DNA from: Actinomycetes bacterium
GTDB taxonomy: Bacteria; Actinomycetota; Acidimicrobiia; Acidimicrobiales; Acidimicrobiaceae
Length of the DNA stretch: 64,000 nucleotides
Direction: 5' to 3'
Assembly: GCA_021803345.1 (NCBI GenBank)
Contig: JAJZLS010000060.1
Location: forward strand, 48,270-112,269
A program made the translations under genes and the position numbers. Below, in pieces: positions 18,987 through 27,873 of the stretch. Position 1 is the first letter of the stretch; every line of letters starts with the position of its first letter. The notes beneath the pieces are model-generated. The model had not been told where the DNA came from, made no database searches, and worked only from the letters and a program-made list of their open reading frames with translations.

Positions 18987-20802
18987 AAGATGTTTTTCTG
19001 TTTTTAGCCCTATCCGACGAAGACAGGGTGACCTTCCTGAGTCGGACTGCAGTGGGAGTGACTTCCACGCATTCGTCGTCGTTTAGATATTCGAGTGCCG
19101 CTTCCAAGGTCATCCTGAGCGGCGGGGTCAATCTGACGAATTCTTCTGCAGTCGAGGATCTTATGTTGGTCAGCTTCTTTTCTTTGGTCGGATTTACATC
19201 CATGTCGTCGTTGCGTGAGTTCTCACCTATAAGCATGCCTTCATAGAGATCTTCTCCAGGTCCGATAAAGAGCGTGCCTCTTTCTTGGAGGTTTAGCAAC
19301 GCATAGGCCGTTGAAACTCCAGTTCTGTCTGCTACTAAAGAACCGTTTAGTCTGTTTCGCATATCGCCAGCCCAAGGTTCCCAACGTTCAAAGCCGTGAT
19401 TTATCAGTGCAGTACCTTTTGTCTGGGTTAGCAGTTCGGTCCTAATCCCAATTAGTCCTCTGGCTGGAATGAAATAGGTCATTCTGACCCAACCGGTACC
19501 GTGATTCACGACCTGGTCTAGTGAGCCTTTTCTTTGTGCCAAAGTTTGTGTAACGGCCCCAAAAAATTCCTCCGGCATATCAATTTCAAGCCTCTCTACC
19601 GGCTCGTGAACTTTCCCATTTATCTCCCTGGTTAATACCTGAGGTTTCCCGACAGTAAGTTCAAAACCTTCTCGCCTCATGGTTTCGATCAGGATTGCAA
19701 GGGCAAGTTCTCCCCGGCCTTGCACTTCCCAGGTATCGGGACGCTCGGTTGTCAGGACTCGAATCGAGACGTTACCTATTAGCTCGGCATCAAGTCGCGA
19801 TTTAACCTGGCGTGCAGTCAGCTTTTTGCCGTCTCGCCCAGCCAGGGGAGAAGTGTTTATCCCAAACGTCATGGAAAGACTGGGCTCGTCTACTTGCAGC
19901 ACCGGCAGCGGTTTTGGGTCGTTAGCGTCTGCGAGGGTTTCACCGATATTGATATCTTGAAACCCTGCGACTGCCACTATCTCTCCTGGGCCGGCCGACT
20001 CAGTTTCTTCCCGAGTCAAGGAGGTCGTAATGAGTATCTCAGCAATTTTACCTTTTTGCACCGAGCCGTCCGCTTTGCACCAGGCTACGGTTTGACCTTT
20101 TTTGATGACACCGTTGGCGATGCGGCAGATGGCCAAGCGCCCAAGATATGCACTTGCGTCAATGTTTGTTACGAGAGCCTGGAAGGGGTGTCCTTCCTCA
20201 AAATGAGGTGCTGGAATGTGTTCAAGGATAGTTTCAAAGAGAGGCTTAAGATCTTCTCCGGTCTCATTTTGTTTCAGTGAAGCCCACCCCTGTTTGGCGC
20301 TGGCATAAACGATTGGAAATTCGATCTGGTGTTCCGCCGCATCCAGATCCAGGAAAAGTTCGTAGATCTCATTTATGACTTCATCAGGCCGTGCGTCGGG
20401 CCGATCAATTTTATTCAAAACTACAATGATTGGCAGATTGGCTTCCAGCGCCTTTCGGAGCACAAACCTCGTTTGCGGTAGCGGCCCTTCAGCAGCGTCG
20501 ACCAACATCACCACGCCGTCCACCATCGCTAGACCCCGCTCAACCTCGCCACCAAAGTCAGCGTGCCCCGGCGTATCGACGATGTTGATCTTTACGCCTT
20601 CGTACCTGATTGATGTTTGTTTTGCGAGGATGGTTATGCCCTTTTCCCGTTCAAGATCCATTGAGTCCATGACCCTGTCAACCACTTCCTGGTTGGCGCG
20701 AAAAACTCCGGTTTCCCGGAACATGGCGTCCACCAGGGTGGTTTTTCCGTGGTCTACGTGGGCGATGATTGCCACATTTCTTAAGTCGTGGCGAATAGAC
20801 AT
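18979..20802 (-). CDS. typA: Translational GTPase TypA/BipA
   Basis: ORF trimmed to the ATG at 20802 (GGAGAA upstream). G-domain motifs are AHVDHGKTT, DTPGHADFGGE and NKID. The domain order is EF-G-like and the length is about 607 aa. Confidence 0.95.
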   Translation of the reverse strand: MSIRHDLRNVAIIAHVDHGKTTLVDAMFRETGVFRANQEVVDRVMDSMDLEREKGITILAKQTSIRYEGVKINIVDTPGHADFGGEVERGLAMVDGVVMLVDAAEGPLPQTRFVLRKALEANLPIIVVLNKIDRPDARPDEVINEIYELFLDLDAAEHQIEFPIVYASAKQGWASLKQNETGEDLKPLFETILEHIPAPHFEEGHPFQALVTNIDASAYLGRLAICRIANGVIKKGQTVAWCKADGSVQKGKIAEILITTSLTREETESAGPGEIVAVAGFQDINIGETLADANDPKPLPVLQVDEPSLSMTFGINTSPLAGRDGKKLTARQVKSRLDAELIGNVSIRVLTTERPDTWEVQGRGELALAILIETMRREGFELTVGKPQVLTREINGKVHEPVERLEIDMPEEFFGAVTQTLAQRKGSLDQVVNHGTGWVRMTYFIPARGLIGIRTELLTQTKGTALINHGFERWEPWAGDMRNRLNGSLVADRTGVSTAYALLNLQERGTLFIGPGEDLYEGMLIGENSRNDDMDVNPTKEKKLTNIRSSTAEEFVRLTPPLRMTLEAALEYLNDDECVEVTPTAVRLRKVTLSSSDRAKNRKTSSN

Positions 20803-20905
20803 GTAATTTCTCCAGTAAGGGGTCGAACTTTTCCTTTGCGGAAACTTAGAGTATAAATACGCGCAAAGTCCACAGTGCAATTTATTTGCACAATTAGTCT
20901 ACCTA

Positions 20906-21826
20906 CTAGCCGGGCGGGTTCTTCTTGGAGCTTCGGTCTAGTTCCCGCTGTACATCGTCCCAAGTCAATGGTTCAGGGTCAATTCCCAGCTCTTCGTCCC
21001 TGTCTGTGCGTAAAAGTATTACAATGGCGATACCCCAAAATACCGCCAGAGAAGCGATTTTAGCTAGTGCCCCTGTGAGTTCCTGGTCGCCGACTGCACT
21101 TATTCCAAATGCGCCATGGCTGTAGGTGCTGTATAAAGATCTCCTGGCAAAAATAAGCACAATGGCGGGAATGCTGGGCACTAAAGACAGCACGAAGACA
21201 TAGGCCAGTCGACCTGCGGTCGAGAGGTGCCTGATCCCAGGGAGAATTCTTAGTACTGGAATCCAGACCAGAATTGAGGCGGTAAACAGCATTACCTGTA
21301 CTGCAAGGTCATTAGCACTGCCGGCCGCTTCGAAGCGCACCAGCGGGGGAGAGATCGCAGAAACCGCTGCGATTGAAAAGATTATTATCGAGGGAAGTGG
21401 ACGAGTCAGTGTGGTTAATGCAAAGTCGAGGAACCTGGGTCGTGTCAGGTGAGCCACTGCAACTTTCGGTAGTGACATGAGTAGTAATGGCGGCGCGGCA
21501 AGTGTAATAAGCAGTTGCTGAGTCATTCTCGCCAAAAGGAGATCATGTCGGGCCACTTCTGCCAGCGGCCAGTAGTTGGCGAGGAAGATGGCGCCAAGTC
21601 CGAAGGCGAAGAACCACTTCTGCCTCCTAGTGCAATTCATTCTTTTGGGACTAAGCGAGGAGGTGGTCCCCTCGGAGTTGACTGGGGAATCGGGATTTGG
21701 GTTAATTGAGCAAACGTATCTGTAGCCGAATATAGCCACTAAACAAAAGGCTAGGGTTATCGGATGCAGATTGAAAGATAAATCCCCCATGTTTAAAAGC
21801 TTATTGCCAACTGTAGCTGGACCCAT
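20906..21826 (-). CDS. Cytochrome c oxidase assembly factor CtaG-like membrane protein (caa3_CtaG family)
   Basis: 306 aa, polytopic. The pattern HDLLLARMTQQLLITLAAPPLLLM resembles the conserved H...M.QH...APPLL region of this family. Confidence 0.6.
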   Translation of the reverse strand: MGPATVGNKLLNMGDLSFNLHPITLAFCLVAIFGYRYVCSINPNPDSPVNSEGTTSSLSPKRMNCTRRQKWFFAFGLGAIFLANYWPLAEVARHDLLLARMTQQLLITLAAPPLLLMSLPKVAVAHLTRPRFLDFALTTLTRPLPSIIIFSIAAVSAISPPLVRFEAAGSANDLAVQVMLFTASILVWIPVLRILPGIRHLSTAGRLAYVFVLSLVPSIPAIVLIFARRSLYSTYSHGAFGISAVGDQELTGALAKIASLAVFWGIAIVILLRTDRDEELGIDPEPLTWDDVQRELDRSSKKNPPG

Positions 21827-21888
21827 CGGAAGAAGTTTCTTATCTTTATTGAAACATTTTTGAAGTTATGACGGTCTTATTTTCAGTT

Positions 21889-21910
21889 AATTCGATTGTC
21901 ACATCGAATT
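21889..21910. promoter_or_regulatory. Perfect 8-bp inverted repeat AATTCGAT-tgtcac-ATCGAATT upstream of the PafBC-like gene
   Basis: Read directly in the 314-nt divergent intergenic region. An operator role is inferred only. Confidence 0.3.
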
Positions 21911-22140
21911 TATCAGTAAGCCTGACGGGCACTTTCTCTGCGGAACGTTTAGTTTTCCTAGTCGCCGGTCGGAATATACTGAGATTTAGCCGGTGCTTGA
22001 ATGAGACATTACAGCAAGTCGTGTCCTCTTCCTGTTCTTTTGCAACCTGGCCACTTCTAGACTTGCGTCACGTCGACGCTTTGGAATTCGCTCGCAGATG
22101 ATGAATTGTGTGAAAATGGGATCGAGGGAAGGATCCGGAT

Positions 22141-24162
22141 TTGGCAAAAACAGATAAGTTTCCGAGGCTGCTCAATTTAGTGATGTTATTGCTAAGTGCT
22201 AACAGCCCAATCTCTCTCGACGAAATTGCCCGAAGGATTGGGGGTTTCCCAGATTCACAGGGTGCCAGACGTCAGGCTTTTGAACGTGCCAAAAAGGAAC
22301 TTAGAGATCTGGGCATCCCTATTGAAACCAGACAGATCCCGGGAAGTGAACAATACGGGTATTTAATTGATAAGTCGGAAATGGTTATCCCTGATCTACA
22401 CCTATCTCCCTCTGAGGCCGCTTCGCTGGCGGCAGCGAGCGGCATGGTAAGTTTTGGCAATGCGGAGCGCAATTCCGCACTTTCGAAACTTGGATGCGTC
22501 ATTTCAGGCCAAGAAGCCACTGTGGCAAATATACCAAGTCAACCCAACCTTTTCAGGCTCTTTGAGGCTGTTGGCTCTTCCAGGACTGTTGAGTTCACCT
22601 ACCGTTCGAAGCACAGAAATCTGGAGATTTATGGAATTTCGTTCAGATGGGGTAACTGGTATGTGGTGGGAAGGGAAGCTCAGTCAGGTCTGATAAAGAC
22701 CTTTTTGGTAAACCGGATCGAATCTCAAGTGAGTCTATCAGATGTCTTTCCAGTCGGAAAACCATCTGATTTTAGACTTTCTTCGCATCTGCCTAAGAAC
22801 AGGTGGGAAGTGGGTGAGGGAGAGGCCGAACAGGCTGCGGTCGAAATTTCTAGTGATGCAGAAGCGCTGATCCGCTATGAATTGGGTGATCAGGTTGGTA
22901 TCGACCAACTCGATGATGGCAGGGCAATTGTCAGGCTCAAGGTTCTCGACCGACCGGCTTTGTACGATTGGCTGCTAAGTCATCTGGACAAAATGCGGTT
23001 GGTGGGTTCTGAGCCACTGGCCGAAGGTTTTACCGCTTATTTGGAAAGCTATCTAAATTATTATTCCAGAAAAACTTTAGTAATCGACCAAGTATTGGAG
23101 TCTGCTGCCGATATCGGCTCTTCAGAACCGGGTACGGTTGTTTCACCGGGGGCGATTCGTCAAGAGTCAGATTCCCAGGCTCTGGCTTCTGAAAGAATCG
23201 AGCTGAAGAGCGCGGGCGATATGTATGTGGTTCTGGCCAAGATTCTGCCATGGCTGGCAAGAGTCGGATCTACTACGGTGGCAGATATCTCGGACACCTT
23301 CAAAATCTCCAAGAGTCAGGTTATTAGGCTGCTGGAAATGGCTGCTTGTTGTGGGGTCCCTCCGTATACACCCGATTCCCTGCTTGAGATCATCGTCGAT
23401 GAGGATGGTACCGTCAGCAGTTATTTGGACATGGAGATAATAACCGCACCGAGGCGTCTAAATACGCTCGAAGTGATGGTTCTGGCCACTACGGCAGCGG
23501 TGGCACTCGAAATTCCGGGAATTGATCCTGCCGGTCATCTAAAGTCGGCATTGGAAAAGTTGGAGACATCGCTCTCCAACTTCAAGTTGGGCCTTGCAGA
23601 AGTAGACGTAGATATCGATGAACCGTATTTTTTGGCGATGCTTCGGGAAGCTGCCAATGTTTCTAAAACCGTGGAAATCACCTATTTTTCATTCTCTACT
23701 GAGCGGATTACGACAAGAGAAGTTGATCCCTATCTGCTTTTCGAGGAAGCCGGAAAGTGGTATTTGCGGGGTTACTGTCATCTGGCGAGAGAGGTCAGAC
23801 ATTTTTCACTTGGGCGCATACTTTCGTGCAGCGTTACTCAAAGCACCTTTCAGCTGCCAGAAGATGAGAGAATATGGACTGAAAGCGGTGTTTCACCCCG
23901 GGCTTTCGAAGGCACCGGAGAGTGGGTTTTGCTCAGTGTTCCCAAGAAGTTCAGATGGCTTTTTGAACGCCTGGTGGAGTCGCCGCAGTTATTGGCGGAA
24001 TTGGAAGAGTTTGAAGTTTTTGGATTTTATGCTTCTTCAGGTCGCTGGCTTTCCTCGCTTCTACTGCGCTTGGGTCCAGACGCAGTAGTTATACAGCCAG
24101 AGAAGTACAGGAATTTGGGTCGATTGGCTGCGGCTCAAATTTTGAAACTATATAAAAATTAA
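22141..24162 (+). CDS. pafBC: PafBC-like single-chain double HTH-WYL-WCX transcriptional regulator
   Basis: 673 aa with a TTG start. It contains two tandem modules. Module 1 has the HTH LLNLVMLLLSANSPISLDEIARRIG and the WYL-type segment RWGNWYVVGRE...FLVNRI. Module 2 has the HTH ILPWLARVGSTTVADISDTFKISKSQVIRLL and the WYL segment KWYLRGYCHLAREVRHFSLGRI. Confidence 0.8.
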   Translation: MAKTDKFPRLLNLVMLLLSANSPISLDEIARRIGGFPDSQGARRQAFERAKKELRDLGIPIETRQIPGSEQYGYLIDKSEMVIPDLHLSPSEAASLAAASGMVSFGNAERNSALSKLGCVISGQEATVANIPSQPNLFRLFEAVGSSRTVEFTYRSKHRNLEIYGISFRWGNWYVVGREAQSGLIKTFLVNRIESQVSLSDVFPVGKPSDFRLSSHLPKNRWEVGEGEAEQAAVEISSDAEALIRYELGDQVGIDQLDDGRAIVRLKVLDRPALYDWLLSHLDKMRLVGSEPLAEGFTAYLESYLNYYSRKTLVIDQVLESAADIGSSEPGTVVSPGAIRQESDSQALASERIELKSAGDMYVVLAKILPWLARVGSTTVADISDTFKISKSQVIRLLEMAACCGVPPYTPDSLLEIIVDEDGTVSSYLDMEIITAPRRLNTLEVMVLATTAAVALEIPGIDPAGHLKSALEKLETSLSNFKLGLAEVDVDIDEPYFLAMLREAANVSKTVEITYFSFSTERITTREVDPYLLFEEAGKWYLRGYCHLAREVRHFSLGRILSCSVTQSTFQLPEDERIWTESGVSPRAFEGTGEWVLLSVPKKFRWLFERLVESPQLLAELEEFEVFGFYASSGRWLSSLLLRLGPDAVVIQPEKYRNLGRLAAAQILKLYKN

Positions 24163-24232
24163 GTTGACCTCGGCTTTGCCCTATGGCAAAGTATGATTCC
24201 GCCCCACAACGTCTGAGACTCCATTCTGTGAG

Positions 24233-26140
24233 TTGACAGTGTCGGGATTATTCGTAACTTCTATAAGGGCTGGCCGGCTGGATTACTACTTTCAAGGTAT
24301 TGCACGCGGCGACGAAGATTGTAGAACCGCACTTAATCCTGATGAGTATTCCACTTATGGTAGATGGTCTGGCTATGGTTGGAGTCGCCAACAACTGGCG
24401 GAAATATTTGATGACCTTAGACTGCTTGCACGGGATGAGAGATTTATCAGACCGATCTCAAATCTCGGTTATGACCTAACTTTTGTGGCCCCAAAACAGA
24501 TCTCTATACTTTATGGCCTTGCTAATCAGGACCTTTCCAACAAGATACTGGAGGCGCATAAAGCTGCCGTATCAGAGGTCCTTGACGAGTTGGCCCCAAA
24601 TATTAGCTGGAATTCACCTGGACCGGTATCTGCAATAGGATTTGCACACAGGACGTCAAGGTTGCTTGATCCCCATCTGCATACTCATTTGATCGTGGCC
24701 AACAGGGTTGACACCTCCTCAAATCAGCTGCGGGCTCTAAATTCCGGGGCACTGTACCGTCTGGCTGGGGATACCTCGGTCCAGTATCGGGTTCTTTTGG
24801 CAAAGGAGATTTTGCAACGAACCGGTATTTTGATGATCGAAAGTGAGATTGACAAATTACGGGGACCCACCTTGATACCGGGTTTTAATCAGGAAATCGT
24901 TGATCTCTTCAGTAAACGCGGCGTCCAGGTTAAGGAGCTGACCAGCGACTGGGGTAATCGCTCAATGGGTGCCTCAAGGGCTGCCGCACTTGCCACAAGG
25001 CCTTCAAAAGTTTTGGTTGATGATATATCTCTACATCAAAAGTGGCAACAAGAGTTGACAAATGCCGGATTTGGCTTGGATCTTATGAAGGGACTGGCGC
25101 ATAAATCGCCAAAGCTCGGGTTGAGTTGTTCTATTACTACTGACAGACCCGAAAGGCGCCGAGACTATTTGGCTGAATTTATCTCTCGGCTGAAGCACCC
25201 CAGTAAATTTCAAGGGTGGGTCAGATTGGTGCCATACAGGGATGATCTCTATGACCGTCAGAAGGTATTTAATTTGGGAGAAGTGGTCTCAGTCATCTAC
25301 GCAAATAGAGAACTCCCAAGACCAGCAGATGCCGAAAGTAGACGCCGAGCCGCTTTTGCCAACCAGTGTGAAATCGTGGTGCTTTCGGGTTTTGATGTTG
25401 GGAAGATAGCCGAGGTTTCAAGTAGGTATTTACACCAAAATCTGGTTATTGCAGTCAAAGACTCGATTAAGGAGCTTCCATTGCCTGGTATGGTTCTGTC
25501 TGTTGATGAACGAGAGAGTCACTTTGAGTCCCTTGATAGGGAAAACGGTGAAAATTCCGTACTCTCCGATTCGATTGCAAAACTCGCTTTGGGTCTGGGT
25601 CAAGCTCGGCCAGGGTCGTTTCCCGACGACTATCTGGTACTTTCAACAAAGCATGACCGGGATCTAGCGAGGTCGATTCTGGCTAGCTCAGTTGGAAAGA
25701 GCATTCAGCCTTGTGGATTTTTCGAAAATGAACCGGTGAGGATTTCCTATCTTCCCAAAGGAAACGATTTTAAATTTGGTCAGCGCGGTTGGGTTAACAC
25801 CGAGGAACAATATCTGGAATACATCTATCACGGTCAGCAAAAGTGTGTTCCGTTGCACAAACTTACCTATAACGCTATGATTTCTCCGGCTCTGGTAATG
25901 AGTCAGTCGGCAAATCGCCGTATTTTTACAAATGCGATGGATCTGCGCTTAGACATAAATGAGTTTGCCCATGTCCAACCGTCAAAAGAGCTTGCTGAGG
26001 TCTTTTCAGGCACTTCCATTCGGCGCGTAGCCAATCTGTCGAAAGGTTTGGAGCAGAGAGCAGTGCCGGACAGAGTTCCTATAGTAAGTTCTGGGGATTT
26101 TGCAAACTTTGACAAGCTCACCCGGTATCTGGAATTATGA
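24233..26140 (+). CDS. MobF/TrwC-type relaxase-domain protein with a degenerate helicase-like C-terminal half
   Basis: 635 aa with a TTG start. It has an N-terminal Tyr pair (RLDYYFQG), DLTFVAPKQIS, and the histidine triad HRTSRLLDPHLHTHLIVAN. The position where Walker A is expected reads VVLSGFDVGKIAEV. The C-terminus (FGQRGWV...LTYNAMISPALVMSQSANRR) resembles a decayed RecD-like SH3 / motif V-VI region. Confidence 0.7.
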   Translation: MTVSGLFVTSIRAGRLDYYFQGIARGDEDCRTALNPDEYSTYGRWSGYGWSRQQLAEIFDDLRLLARDERFIRPISNLGYDLTFVAPKQISILYGLANQDLSNKILEAHKAAVSEVLDELAPNISWNSPGPVSAIGFAHRTSRLLDPHLHTHLIVANRVDTSSNQLRALNSGALYRLAGDTSVQYRVLLAKEILQRTGILMIESEIDKLRGPTLIPGFNQEIVDLFSKRGVQVKELTSDWGNRSMGASRAAALATRPSKVLVDDISLHQKWQQELTNAGFGLDLMKGLAHKSPKLGLSCSITTDRPERRRDYLAEFISRLKHPSKFQGWVRLVPYRDDLYDRQKVFNLGEVVSVIYANRELPRPADAESRRRAAFANQCEIVVLSGFDVGKIAEVSSRYLHQNLVIAVKDSIKELPLPGMVLSVDERESHFESLDRENGENSVLSDSIAKLALGLGQARPGSFPDDYLVLSTKHDRDLARSILASSVGKSIQPCGFFENEPVRISYLPKGNDFKFGQRGWVNTEEQYLEYIYHGQQKCVPLHKLTYNAMISPALVMSQSANRRIFTNAMDLRLDINEFAHVQPSKELAEVFSGTSIRRVANLSKGLEQRAVPDRVPIVSSGDFANFDKLTRYLEL

Positions 26141-26307
26141 ACGCCGTCAACGCCAGTCTGAGAGAACCTGGTACTCCAAAATTGTAAAAGTTTGGAAAGG
26201 ATTTGTGCTACAAATAGTTTTCAAGTGAAGTACCCTTTGGAGAGGATATATAGTAGTCCTTGAATCCGATTCTCGGTGGTTGAGAAATGGAATAAGGGGG
26301 GATTCGT

Positions 26308-27858
26308 ATGAAAATAGATATGAATGTCGGAAATTTTCTCGACCGAGCTGCGACTGTTTTTCCGGATCGGCTTGCCCTGGTTGACGAAGAAACTGCTCCG
26401 GGTAATCTAGGACGGATTACATATGGCGAGCTTGCCAGACGATCCATGGGCATGGCCAAGATGTTCGACGAGATGGGCGTTGCCCAGGGTGAACGGATTG
26501 CTTTGGTCTCTCCAAATTCGGGCAAGTTCCTAGTTTCGTATTATGGGGTGAGCGGATACGGGCGTATTTTGGTTCCTATCAACTTCAGGCTGAATCATGA
26601 CGAGATTGCGTACATAATCAGTCACTCTGGGGCGTCGGTTCTGATGGTGGATCCAGAATTTGAAGAAGTTACCAAAGGTATCGATATAAAGCACAGATTT
26701 GTTTTAGATAACATTCAGGACAAAGAGCTGTTTGCACCGTTGGCAGAGGGGGCAGAGCCACCAGTGCCATGGAATGCTGATGAGGACTTCACCTGCTCAA
26801 TCAACTATACCTCTGGAACCACGGCGCGTCCCAAGGGGGTGCAGATGACCCATAGGAATGCCTGGATGAACGCTGTTATGTTTGGTTGGCATACAACTGT
26901 TACCGACCGGGATGTATTGCTGCATACGCTTCCTATGTTTCACTGTAACGGCTGGGGGATGCCTTATGCCGTAACGGCAATGGGTGGCAATCATGTCATT
27001 CAGCGCAAAATTGATGGTGAGAATATTCTCCAGAAGGTCGAAAACGAAGGAGTAACCATTCTGTGTGGAGCGCCGGCGGTATGGGCAAGCGTTTTAGATG
27101 CTGCTACAAAGAGAAACGAAATCGGAATAGCTCTCCCGGGAAGGGATCTCGTTCGAGTGGTTGCAGCCGGTGCTCCGCCACCGTCTCGAACTATTGAGAG
27201 GATACAGCAAGAACTGGGCTGGGAATTTATCCAGCTCTACGGACTAACCGAAACATCTCCCCTTTTGACCATTAACCGGTCAACCAAGGAATGGGACAAC
27301 CTCGACATCGTGGAAAAGTCCAAGCGTCTCAGCATGGCAGGTGTTCCGGCGGTTGGTATCGAGATTTGCTGCGATGACAGTGGCGAGGTTTTGGCAAGAG
27401 GTAACCATGTGTTTGCAGGGTATTGGGAAAACCCCGAGGCAACCGCTTCTGCGCTCGAGGGAGGCTGGTTCCACACCGGCGACGGTGGCCATTTGGAGGG
27501 ACCTTATGTAGTTATTTCGGATCGCAAAAAGGATGTAATCATTTCTGGAGGAGAGAATGTCTCATCAATTGAAGTGGAAGATGTTCTTTACCAGCATCCG
27601 GCGGTTGCGGAAGTTGCTGTAATTGGAGTTCCAGATGAGAAGTGGGGCGAGACGGTAAAAGCTTTAGTAGTTCTCCGGCCAAATATGGAAGCTACTGAAG
27701 AGGAACTTCGGTCATTTTGCAAGGAGCGGATGGCTGGCTACAAGTGCCCAACCTCGATCGAATTTCGCGACGGGTTAGCTCGGACGGCAACTGGAAAATT
27801 GCAAAAATTCAAGCTGAGGGAACCTTATTGGAAGGGAATGGACCGCAAGATCAATTAG
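26308..27858 (+). CDS. AMP-dependent acyl-CoA synthetase (FadD-like)
   Basis: 516 aa with the motifs YTSGTTARPKGV, YGLTETS and GWFHTGDGG. AAGGGGGG lies upstream of the ATG. Confidence 0.9.
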   Translation: MKIDMNVGNFLDRAATVFPDRLALVDEETAPGNLGRITYGELARRSMGMAKMFDEMGVAQGERIALVSPNSGKFLVSYYGVSGYGRILVPINFRLNHDEIAYIISHSGASVLMVDPEFEEVTKGIDIKHRFVLDNIQDKELFAPLAEGAEPPVPWNADEDFTCSINYTSGTTARPKGVQMTHRNAWMNAVMFGWHTTVTDRDVLLHTLPMFHCNGWGMPYAVTAMGGNHVIQRKIDGENILQKVENEGVTILCGAPAVWASVLDAATKRNEIGIALPGRDLVRVVAAGAPPPSRTIERIQQELGWEFIQLYGLTETSPLLTINRSTKEWDNLDIVEKSKRLSMAGVPAVGIEICCDDSGEVLARGNHVFAGYWENPEATASALEGGWFHTGDGGHLEGPYVVISDRKKDVIISGGENVSSIEVEDVLYQHPAVAEVAVIGVPDEKWGETVKALVVLRPNMEATEEELRSFCKERMAGYKCPTSIEFRDGLARTATGKLQKFKLREPYWKGMDRKIN

Positions 27859-27873
27859 CGGGTTAGTCCAAGC

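Noticed and set aside
21950-21990. A GGTCGG...TATACT sequence as a mycobacterial-type PafBC (RecA-independent) promoter upstream of pafBC.
   Set aside because: The first box deviates from the TGTCGG I remember. The spacing to the TAnnnT hexamer is far too short.
21868-22101. Small ORFs in non-coding gaps: 21868..22101, 46926..47126, 1209..1430, 2139..2366 and 39986..40198.
   Set aside because: They have no RBS, no recognisable motif and odd composition. Several overlap better-supported genes or the degraded repeat-protein remnant.
22141-26140. An integrated conjugative element (ICE/AICE) around the relaxase-like gene.
   Set aside because: There is no integrase, Rep, FtsK/TraB-like translocase, T4SS, direct repeats or tRNA. 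Composition matches the flanks. Only the lone relaxase-like ORF is element-like.
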